Assembly: GCA_019894975.1 (NCBI GenBank)
Contig: JAGXNO010000026.1
Location: 1-51,944 of the forward strand
Source: Promethearchaeota archaeon
GTDB lineage: Archaea; Asgardarchaeota; Lokiarchaeia; Sigyniarchaeales; SOKP01
Length of the DNA: 51,944 nt
Direction: 5' to 3'
Positions 40,784-48,929 of this stretch are shown piece after piece. How positions within the stretch are numbered: position 1 is the stretch's first letter; every line of letters starts with the position of its first letter. The translations under genes were made by a program, and so were the position numbers. The notes below the pieces were generated by a model that searched no databases, was not told where the DNA came from, and saw only the letters and a list, made by a program, of their open reading frames with translations.

Positions 40784-41393
40784 ATGGGTCGTCGTAAAAG
40801 GAAACAAGTCTCACCTAAAAGAGTTAAAAGAGTACCTAAAATTTTCACCTGCCCTGAATGATAAAATTAATTCCTAATTTTTCAAGGATTGCGGTGAAAA
40901 GAGTGTTAAGGTTACTGATATTAAGAAGAAAGGTGCTTTTGCTACTGTGAAATGTGGAAATTGTGATTTGACTAAGGTAGTGCTAGTAAATTCTATTTCA
41001 GAACCAGTTGATGCTTTTGGAGACTTTATAGATATTTTTTATGCAGATCAGGAGCTCCAACGGTTAGAGAAGCGAATTCAGAAATTAAAAGATGAAAACG
41101 AATATGGGGAACTTGCATTATCCTACTCAATTTTATCAGATCTATGTAAGGTCAAGGCTGGAATATTACTAGAAGAAGAAGATGTTAATTTGGATGAAGT
41201 GAATGAGTGGAAGATGAGAAATGAGCATTATAAAAACCTTGAAAAGGAGGCATTATTGAAGCTTGAAACTGATGAATTAGAGAGAGGTTTAAAAACTGAT
41301 GAAGAATCATTATTCGCAGAAAGAGATTCCAAGATAAAGAAAGAAAGAAAAATAGAAGATATATTTGATGATCCAGGCTTTTTAGAATTTTAG
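40784..41393 (+). CDS. elf1: transcription elongation factor Elf1 with C-terminal extension, split by a 31-nt intron (join of 40784-40858 and 40890-41393; 192 aa)
   Basis: ATG 40784 (GGTG SD): MGRRKRK...PKIFTCPE, 31-nt insert with TGA TAA, then CGEKSVKV...VKCGNC...SEPVDAFGDFID, the full Elf1 signature. Confidence 0.92.
40859..40889 (+). other. putative BHB-type mRNA intron (31 nt) in elf1
   Basis: Exon-exon stem UUUUCACC-U-GC / GC-GGUGAAAA; central helix CCUG/AAGG (3 pairs + G.A); bulges AA^U and AU^U; intron hairpin AAAAUUA(AUUCC)UAAUUUU; excision gives GAA TGC (CPEC). Confidence 0.85.
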
Positions 41394-41525
41394 ATAAAAT
41401 ACTGTTTCTCTTTATTATTAATTTAAATCATAAAACTATGTAATTCTCTTTCGAAAATAGAATTTAGGAGAATAATTTAATAGTTTTGAAAGAGATTACT
41501 GGAATATTATGTTTGGTTGATCTCC

Positions 41526-41978
41526 TTATCCAGGTTGAGATCTGCGTTTAAAAAGTTCTTTAAGCTCCCCCATTATAGCTCCTCTTAGAGAAACTGGACT
41601 TGCGGGTCTAGCAGGACCAGGACCTCCAGGCGGACCTCCAGGCGGACCTCCGGGTGGTGCTCCGGGTGCAGGGGGAGCGTTTCTAGGAGGGGGTCCAGGC
41701 GGCCCAGGGGGAGCGCCTGCTGCTGAGGGAGCAGAGGTACTTGGAGTTATTCCAGAACCTGACTTTAGAGATCTTATGTCATTATTTACGGAAGTTAATT
41801 GATTTTGCAAATTAGTGACTTTCGAATTGATACCTTGTAAACTATTATCTACGAGGTCTGGTATTTTTAACACAATTTGCATTATCTTTTCAATAACATC
41901 ACCGAATGCATTTAATTTTTCTTCCATTGGTGCTTTTCTTGTACTATCCATAAATGAAGCAAATTCTTCTGCACACAT
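41526..41978 (-). CDS. coiled-coil + polyproline + C-terminal amphipathic helix protein (actin-regulator-like)
   Basis: Heptad N-terminus, PPGPPGPPP/PPGGPP tract, terminal LRGAIMGELKELFKRR. Confidence 0.75.
   Translation of the reverse strand: MCAEEFASFMDSTRKAPMEEKLNAFGDVIEKIMQIVLKIPDLVDNSLQGINSKVTNLQNQLTSVNNDIRSLKSGSGITPSTSAPSAAGAPPGPPGPPPRNAPPAPGAPPGGPPGGPPGGPGPARPASPVSLRGAIMGELKELFKRRSQPG
41620..41651. repeat. 12-bp tandem repeat encoding the PPGG tract
   Basis: GGACCTCCAGGC twice plus GGACCTCC. Confidence 0.85.
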
Positions 41979-42109
41979 TTTTCTATACTTTTTGTAATTT
42001 AAAATCTAATTTTTCTATTAACTATATAGATTTTTATTTAATAAATTTAAGTCTAGGCATAGTAAGGAAAATTTGATAATAAATAGAAAAAAAGAAGATT
42101 GTATTTTTT

Positions 42110-42733
42110 TTAACTTAATTCTGTAATCGTATCTTTTAATTTTAGCCATAAGGCATTTATCTCACTTTTTACCTCTTTATATTGATGGATTTTTTTAAGT
42201 AAAATATCTCGGGCTCTATCGAAATCCCTTTGAACATCATTTAATTCTTGGTCAAGAATATTCAATTTATCACCATCAATTAACTTATTTTTGGCTTTTT
42301 CAGCATCTAAAGCTTTTTTAATAACTACAGCCCTTTTACTTGCAACATCAGATAGAGCATCTATAAATTCATCTTTCTTAGCAACTAGATATTCTTTTTG
42401 AACTGCTAAATCTTTAATTGCATTCAAATATATATTATTACCTTTAATATAATCATCATTTTGTTTGATTATTTCCTGGAACAACTTTACTTCTTCGTCT
42501 TTAATATTCGATCTGTGCTCTCGAGCAAGGGTTTGCATTTGTTTTAAGACGTCTCTAAAAGTCCGATTCAGCATTTCTCTTGTGATATTTGCTTTTGAAA
42601 TGTTTTCAGCATACTTCATTTGGGCACTGATCAGAGAGCTCTGTGCTCTAGACAATTTTTTAAACTGTGAAACAAGCTCCTTCTCTTGTTTGGCTAATTC
42701 TAGTTCATCTTCATGGGTTATGATTGGGCTCAT
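42110..42733 (-). CDS. all-helical coiled-coil protein, BAR-domain-like
   Basis: 207 aa, three long amphipathic helices with a basic patch (SKRAVVIKKALDAEKAKNK) before DKLNILDQEL. Confidence 0.55.
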   Translation of the reverse strand: MSPIITHEDELELAKQEKELVSQFKKLSRAQSSLISAQMKYAENISKANITREMLNRTFRDVLKQMQTLAREHRSNIKDEEVKLFQEIIKQNDDYIKGNNIYLNAIKDLAVQKEYLVAKKDEFIDALSDVASKRAVVIKKALDAEKAKNKLIDGDKLNILDQELNDVQRDFDRARDILLKKIHQYKEVKSEINALWLKLKDTITELS

Positions 42734-42827
42734 CTTAATCTAATCTCTCTATAAATTTTAAAATTCTATGAAATGTATCTTAAAAGAAAACTTACTTTGA
42801 TTTATATAATTTTTTTACTATTTAAGT

Positions 42828-43862
42828 TTATATTGGAAATACTGCCGTTAAAATGTTGTCTCTATAGTTGGCTTTTATGATTCTCACAGCTACCTTCTTC
42901 CCAATAAAATTCTCAGAGGTGATTGAAGGTTCCCTTAGAAGTACTTTTACTCCAAAATTGTTATTGATTTTTCCAATATATTCATTTTTCCAACGACCTT
43001 TAGAGATAATGGTCAGTTTTATGGATTGATTCTTTTTAATATCTAATGATGCAACATTTTTCCGTTTATGAATATTGAAATCTCTTGGTCCAAGTTTTAG
43101 CTTAATCTTGTATTTTTTTTCTAATCTGGTTAATTGTTTATAGAAGTAATCCCAGGTTTTAGGTCTGATTTTTTTTAATTTTCTTCCTGTCTTATAAATT
43201 AGGTATTTTTGGATTCCAAGTTGAAGTTTTTTTTCAGAATACCCTTGTTCTCTTAAATTAATTACGAACTTAATAATATCTTCGATATCTTGATCATTTT
43301 CTCCTGGAAACCATACTGGGGCTATTAACACGTTAATTTTCGTGTTTATAAGGATATTTAAACTTTTTACAAGGGTATCTATATTAAAACTCTCTGAATT
43401 GCTTAAATAACTTGATTTTTCTTGATCTAATGAATTTAGACTAATATTGATACGAGTGAGTCCTACATTTTCAAGTTGTTTAATTGTTTCGTGCTTTAGA
43501 AGCATACCGTTAGATTGCATAGAAATAGTTTCGATTCCATCTATTTTCCATAGATTTTCAATTAATTCTATAAGTTTAGGATAGAGTAAAATTTCTCCGT
43601 ATGGAGCGATGTGGATTTCAATATTATCCCTTCCTTTTATTTTTATAATTTCGTCTACTTTTTCGATTAGGTAATCTGGATCGACCATAAAATTGTTAGT
43701 ATAATCTCCAGCTCTTACAAAACAATATTTGCATTTTAGATTACACAATGTTAAGGGTTTTAACTCTATAACATTTGTACCTCGATCAATTACTCCTATA
43801 TAATCTATTCCATATAGGGGAATTCCCGATTGTTTATTTACATGGATTAGTTCGGTTTTCAT
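42828..43862 (-). CDS. radical SAM protein (archaeal COG2100-like)
   Basis: GVIDRGTNVIE, CNLKCKYCFV, ISMQSNG, RINISL, LIAPVW.PGEND. Confidence 0.88.
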   Translation of the reverse strand: MKTELIHVNKQSGIPLYGIDYIGVIDRGTNVIELKPLTLCNLKCKYCFVRAGDYTNNFMVDPDYLIEKVDEIIKIKGRDNIEIHIAPYGEILLYPKLIELIENLWKIDGIETISMQSNGMLLKHETIKQLENVGLTRINISLNSLDQEKSSYLSNSESFNIDTLVKSLNILINTKINVLIAPVWFPGENDQDIEDIIKFVINLREQGYSEKKLQLGIQKYLIYKTGRKLKKIRPKTWDYFYKQLTRLEKKYKIKLKLGPRDFNIHKRKNVASLDIKKNQSIKLTIISKGRWKNEYIGKINNNFGVKVLLREPSITSENFIGKKVAVRIIKANYRDNILTAVFPI

Positions 43863-43871
43863 ATTACTATA

Positions 43872-44945
43872 CTATAGTTTATATCTTAAAATTCCAACAA
43901 GAGATCCTAAATCTACTAATCGTTCTCCAGTAATATTTTCGGTACTCATAATATTTACTGTTCCTCCTGAATTTTCCACGTTAGTTATGATCTCTTCAAT
44001 TTTTAACTTACGATCTTTTGAGGTGCCACGAATCATTATATCCGCTATTAGAAGTTGTTTTATAGCACCTTTCATTGAAGCATCAGAGACTTCATCTATT
44101 CCTATTACGATAAGATCTGCGTCAAGAGCGAATTGGGTTAAGATATTTTCAATAAGCTCAGCTTCTTGTATAATTTTAACTTCATTTTTTAGGTTTGCTA
44201 ACTTTTTGGATTTAAGAGTTTCAATGATCGCACTTTCTGTTCCTGAACTGGCATGATAATTCTCTATTCGGATTGAATCGCTTATATTAAAATTTTTCCT
44301 TAGATGGTCGATTAAATGGTCTTTAGTATTTCCTGGGCCACAAATTATCATTAGATTTATATCCTGTATTTTAAGATTTTCTGTAACCACCTTCCCGACA
44401 TCCTCATAAAATTCTAATAATGCTTTATTACGATGTGTTTGTTCGTATCTTTTTCCAGGAATGTGGTTCTTGATAGTAGCTATTCTTTTATGGCTAAAAT
44501 TTGTTATAAGAGCGATTGTTGCTAAACCTGTTTCTATTGCGACAAGCAGTATAATGAAGTTGTTTTCAAATTTCGAACTTTCTTTTAACCGTTTTATTTC
44601 GAATTTTGACCATTTTTCCTTAATAATAGTAACTTTGTGCAATTTTTCTAGGTTAAAGGTGTGATAAGATCCATAGTTGACAAAATCAGTTGGACCCTCC
44701 AGAATTTTTCCTTTCACTCTTAATCGATTTGAAAACTCATGAAAAGATATTGATTCAACTCTTAATTTCAAGGTCATTGTCTTTCTTTCCCCTTTGGACC
44801 CTTCTTTTAAGATAACTCTTCTCTGTGTACGGGCGGATACCTCATCACCCTCACGTATGATGTTATAAAGTGTCCATAAATCGTTAAGGTTCTCCGGTTT
44901 AACTATAGCTTCTCTAAGTTTTTGATCAATTTCTAGAATTTTCAA
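43872..44945 (-). CDS. pelA: mRNA surveillance protein Pelota
   Basis: PENLNDLWTLYNII..GD, RLRVKGKI, GSYHTFNL, GAIKQLLI, LGSLVGILRY. Confidence 0.94.
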   Translation of the reverse strand: MKILEIDQKLREAIVKPENLNDLWTLYNIIREGDEVSARTQRRVILKEGSKGERKTMTLKLRVESISFHEFSNRLRVKGKILEGPTDFVNYGSYHTFNLEKLHKVTIIKEKWSKFEIKRLKESSKFENNFIILLVAIETGLATIALITNFSHKRIATIKNHIPGKRYEQTHRNKALLEFYEDVGKVVTENLKIQDINLMIICGPGNTKDHLIDHLRKNFNISDSIRIENYHASSGTESAIIETLKSKKLANLKNEVKIIQEAELIENILTQFALDADLIVIGIDEVSDASMKGAIKQLLIADIMIRGTSKDRKLKIEEIITNVENSGGTVNIMSTENITGERLVDLGSLVGILRYKL

Positions 44946-45084
44946 ATACTAAAACTAACTCCGATTAAGTGCTAATAAAATTAATCTAGAGTTTAAAATA
45001 AGCTTAATTCAATTTGAAATTATGAGATATTAAACTAAAATAATGAAAAAAAGATTAAAAATAACCTGATTTAACAATTATACA

Positions 45085-45240
45085 TTACTCTTTTTGCCCT
45101 AAAGCTGCTTTTACTTTTTCTAGTTCTTCCATGCGTTTCTTCTTTTCTTCTTCGCGTCTTAGGAGATCGTCTTCATCAACTTTATCGAGCGAAACACCTT
45201 TCTTAATTTGGTCTTGAAGTTCTTTATCTATGGGTGCCAT
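45085..45240 (-). CDS. 51-aa protein with a WH2-like motif (below ORF-track cut-off)
   Basis: ATG 45240 with GAGG SD: MAPIDKELQDQIKKGVSLDKVDEDDLLRREEEKKKRMEELEKVKAALGQKE*. Confidence 0.7.
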   Translation of the reverse strand: MAPIDKELQDQIKKGVSLDKVDEDDLLRREEEKKKRMEELEKVKAALGQKE

Positions 45241-45338
45241 TTTTTTATCAACCCTTTTTCTTTAAAATTGATCTAAAATAATTAATGTTGATATTTACAC
45301 ATATTATAATAGAATTTATTTATAAATGCTTACAAAAG

Positions 45339-45788
45339 TTAAATTTCTAATTCCATGAAATACGCACTTTCTCTAGAGGGATAGTAATTAATTATTTCGT
45401 TGGTGTTTTTTACGAAATTAAATTTCTCATACAATTTTATTGCGGGTAAATTGCTAACTTGAACATTTAATACCATTTTTTTAATCTCTTTTAGTTGCAT
45501 TGTTCTCTCAATAATATTTTTTAAAAGATGAGCACCAAATCCTTTATTTTGAAATCTTGGGGCTATGAGAAAATTTATAATATTGATCCTATCTATTTTG
45601 TCTCTTATTGCAATTATAAATCCAATTAGCTTGTATTTGTTCTTATCATCAACTAGCTTTAAAAAGAAAGTATTATGCCGGATTAAATCTTCCATTATTT
45701 GCTTAGAAAATGCATTTTCCTTGAATATTTCTTTTTCAAGAATTATTATTTCTTTTAAATCTTTCGAATTAACGCTTTGAATCTCCAT
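45339..45788 (-). CDS. RimI/Ard1-like GNAT N-acetyltransferase
   Basis: FQNKGFG, LNVQVSNLPAIKLYEKFNF, NYY...AYFM. Confidence 0.88.
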   Translation of the reverse strand: MEIQSVNSKDLKEIIILEKEIFKENAFSKQIMEDLIRHNTFFLKLVDDKNKYKLIGFIIAIRDKIDRINIINFLIAPRFQNKGFGAHLLKNIIERTMQLKEIKKMVLNVQVSNLPAIKLYEKFNFVKNTNEIINYYPSRESAYFMELEI

Positions 45789-46929
45789 TTAAATCAAATT
45801 GTTCCTTGAATAATTTTATTGGGGTTTTTTCCGTTATTTGTTGATATTTTGACTCTCTAAAAGGTGTCATTTCGACAATAAATCCTTTGAGTTGAAATTT
45901 TTCAATTAAAAATATAGTATGATCATCTATTGAAAGGTAAAAGGGCATTTTTAAGTTATTCTCCTTAATTAAAAGCATATTTTTGTCAATTTTCAATTCT
46001 GATACTAACAAATTGTAGAATTTTTCTAAATCCTTTTTAGGACCTTCAATTTGGGCAAATATTAAAAGACCCTCCTCAGTAATTACCTCAAATGGTAATC
46101 TTATATTTTTTGCTCTTCGAAGATATCTATTTCTTAACTGATGATAATCCTTTGAACGTATAGGGCAAAAATGGATTTTAATAGATACTCTCTTACTTAA
46201 GTTGTTCATTATATCAATTCCAGCCTCATAACTATTAACAACTGACGCAATAGATCCTTTTTTCAATTGAAATCCCTTGTTTTTTAATGCTTCGCTATTA
46301 GGAAAACAAAATTCAAATTCATTTAAATTAATGAAATCTACTCCAATTCTGTCCAGATAGAGAATTAGATCTTGAAGATCTTTTATTTTATCTTTATTTG
46401 GTATAACGGGAACTTCTGATCCAACAACGATTCCCTTATTCAAAGCAAATTCAATATTTGACCATTTTTCTCTAGGAGGGTGGAATCTTATCTCATCTAA
46501 TCCTGTGATAGCGAGTCTACTAGCAATTGATTCATCAAAATTAATACCATTGGTGTAGAGGTGAACATGGAATTTTTTACCTTTTTCAGTTTTAACGTAT
46601 TTAATATAATCAAGAGTTCTATCTAAATTTAATTCGGAAAGCGGTTCACCCCCGGTAATACTCATTCCTTTCGCATCGATTTTATTAATTTCTTCTAATA
46701 AATCCTCTTTAGAGGTAATTTCAATCTCGTTTGCATAAGTTAAATCTTTATCTCTTCTTTCTGTTGAGATTGGGCAATACCAAGAGCAGTGATCAGGTTT
46801 TTGACATATCCCGTTTAAAAAAAGAACCGCTTTTTGTCCTTTTAAACAAAATTTACATCCCTTAGGAACTCCCCTTCCTTTAATATATAAATTATTTTCT
46901 TTTGAATTGACAATCTTAGCTGTTTTCAT
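45769..46929 (-). CDS. radical SAM protein (COG2108-like)
   Basis: PKGCKFCLKGQKAVLF, C..C..YCP, ITGGEPL, HVHLYT, GLDEIRFHP, NLNEFE. Confidence 0.88.
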   Translation of the reverse strand: MKTAKIVNSKENNLYIKGRGVPKGCKFCLKGQKAVLFLNGICQKPDHCSWYCPISTERRDKDLTYANEIEITSKEDLLEEINKIDAKGMSITGGEPLSELNLDRTLDYIKYVKTEKGKKFHVHLYTNGINFDESIASRLAITGLDEIRFHPPREKWSNIEFALNKGIVVGSEVPVIPNKDKIKDLQDLILYLDRIGVDFINLNEFEFCFPNSEALKNKGFQLKKGSIASVVNSYEAGIDIMNNLSKRVSIKIHFCPIRSKDYHQLRNRYLRRAKNIRLPFEVITEEGLLIFAQIEGPKKDLEKFYNLLVSELKIDKNMLLIKENNLKMPFYLSIDDHTIFLIEKFQLKGFIVEMTPFRESKYQQITEKTPIKLFKEQFDLNGDSKR

Positions 46930-47633
46930 GATTTCAGTAGTTTTTTTCTCACTATTGCCTTTTTTTTAGCCAATTTTTTTAATGCTTCTTCAGTTGATTC
47001 ATTTAATTGGAGAGTTTGTTTTAAATAAACTCCAGTTTTCCCGTATTTTTCTCTTCTTAATAATACTCTTATACGCTCATTTACAGTATTAATACCTACA
47101 CCTACTTGCTTAGCCGCCAGAGCTTCATTTCCAATAACTGAACTTTCTTCATGCCCATCTTGGTTAGGTTTAATCAGTACGAGTCTTTTATCTATTCCTG
47201 ACACTCGATTTCCTGATTGTAACTCATTCAAAGCTATCTTTCCCCCAAAATTATAGAATTCGATTGCTTTTTTTTCAAATTTTGTAAGAGGAACTGTAAT
47301 GCTTTCTAGTTCGCTCAAATGAATATATAATTTAATGGAGTCTAATGGAGTTGCCATAATTATTTCTCGAAAATAATTTTCATAACCATTCTTATGCAAG
47401 ATATACTCAACTTGGAATGATGGGATTTTTTGAACAAAAGTGATATCAATATCACTAGATTCATGAACATCTCCACGGGCAATGCTACCATATACAAAGG
47501 GATTAAATCCTTCTTTAACAAATATTTCTAACAGTTTTATAGCATTACTTCTTTTATCTTTTAATAATGCCCAACTATCTTTCGAATAGGTTATAAGGTT
47601 ATTATAATCTCTTAAGATTTTTTTTTCTTTCAT
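46926..47633 (-). CDS. archaeal minimal nucleotidyltransferase family protein (COG2413-like)
   Basis: VYGSIARGDVHESSDIDI, EFYNFGG, RVSGIDKRL, ERIRVLLRR..GKTGV. Confidence 0.88.
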   Translation of the reverse strand: MKEKKILRDYNNLITYSKDSWALLKDKRSNAIKLLEIFVKEGFNPFVYGSIARGDVHESSDIDITFVQKIPSFQVEYILHKNGYENYFREIIMATPLDSIKLYIHLSELESITVPLTKFEKKAIEFYNFGGKIALNELQSGNRVSGIDKRLVLIKPNQDGHEESSVIGNEALAAKQVGVGINTVNERIRVLLRREKYGKTGVYLKQTLQLNESTEEALKKLAKKKAIVRKKLLKS

Positions 47634-47648
47634 GAATTAAGAGTGGTT

Positions 47649-48473
47649 TTAAGATTTCAATAATTTATTTTCGATTATATCAATAATAATTCCTAATAGA
47701 ATCGTTTCATAATATTTAAAATTTCTAGTGGATTTCTCTAGTGTTATTAATTCTACTTTACTTGTGGTAATTTCAGCAAATTCATTAATAAAACATTTTA
47801 AGTTAGGATTCTTTAAAAGAAACAAGTTTCTTCTACTAAAAATATAAAATATTTGAGGATATTGTGGATTGTCATCAAAAATATCTTCCATATTTCTGAT
47901 CTTATGTTTAGTTATTCTTGGATTAATACACAATAATCCATCATTCATAGGATCTGATAGTATTTTTTCGGCAGAAATAAAGAATTTTGAGTAATTAATT
48001 AAAATATATCTCGGAATACTAATAATTGCTTCGCGATTACAATAACCAATTACTGAATAAATTAAGGAATTCATCTCATCATCAATTAATCCATTTGAGA
48101 TCTTAGTTCTGGAGTTAATTTTTAGTTTTAAGTTAATAATATTGAATCCATAACAACTTAAACCCTCGGTTATGATTTTAGTTAAACGTTTTTTAAATTT
48201 CGTTCTTATCATAAAAATTATAGGGATATCTTGGTACTCTTTATACAAAGATGAATTTCTGGTTAAACTACAATGTTTTATATCTAAAAAACGACCAGTT
48301 CCATCGTTATACGACTTTGGAAGAGGATAATTTTCTAAAGCCTCGTTAGAAAATTTTAAACGCCACCGATGAGAGGATTTAAAAAATTTTACACTAATTA
48401 AGAGTAAAAATAATAGAAAAATGATAACTACATCAATAAGAACCCAATTCACTTGATATATTTCAGTAAGCAT
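47649..48473 (-). CDS. hypothetical protein with N-terminal TM anchor
   Basis: 274-aa ORF with a hydrophobic N-terminus. Confidence 0.65.
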   Translation of the reverse strand: MLTEIYQVNWVLIDVVIIFLLFLLLISVKFFKSSHRWRLKFSNEALENYPLPKSYNDGTGRFLDIKHCSLTRNSSLYKEYQDIPIIFMIRTKFKKRLTKIITEGLSCYGFNIINLKLKINSRTKISNGLIDDEMNSLIYSVIGYCNREAIISIPRYILINYSKFFISAEKILSDPMNDGLLCINPRITKHKIRNMEDIFDDNPQYPQIFYIFSRRNLFLLKNPNLKCFINEFAEITTSKVELITLEKSTRNFKYYETILLGIIIDIIENKLLKS

Positions 48474-48497
48474 GATTTAGGATAAATTATATATTAG

Positions 48498-48812
48498 TCA
48501 ATCAACAACGTCTTTAATCCAATTTAAATATTTTTCAGAAGCTTTTTCTATCTTAAAACCGATACATTCAGGTACAGAATATGAGTGAATTTCATTAATT
48601 TTTTGAATTATTGCTTCACTCTTCTCTTCTGTTGATTTGATCAACAGCAAGTGTTCATTATCCTCTTCAATTTCTCCTTTCCATCTATAAATTGAGGAGA
48701 CGTTTTTAACGATATTTACGCAGGCAGCAAGTTTACTTTCTACTAAATTCTTTGCAATATGATGCCCTTCATCTATATTCGGAACAGTGACTATGAAAAG
48801 ATAATAGCTCAT
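48498..48812 (-). CDS. cutA: divalent cation tolerance protein CutA
   Basis: LAACVNI, SIYRWKGEIE, HSYSVPE, YLNWI. Confidence 0.95.
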   Translation of the reverse strand: MSYYLFIVTVPNIDEGHHIAKNLVESKLAACVNIVKNVSSIYRWKGEIEEDNEHLLLIKSTEEKSEAIIQKINEIHSYSVPECIGFKIEKASEKYLNWIKDVVD

Positions 48813-48929
48813 TTTAAATCATGATTATATTTGTAGTTTTGGTTAATACGTTACTTGATATCAATTTATTTAAGATTTATTTCATTTTAAATCTATAATT
48901 TCATTTTTCAATCTTACTATATCTAAGAG

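Noticed and set aside
40859-40861. TGA at the second Cys position of Elf1 CxxC read as selenocysteine
   Set aside because: It is followed immediately by TAA and the rest of the gene is in another frame; the real Cys codon TGC lies 31 nt downstream.
40858-40889. Alternative elf1 registers (UGAA/UUCA helix, or a 3-bp helix)
   Set aside because: They would excise 26 or 32 nt; neither restores the frame.
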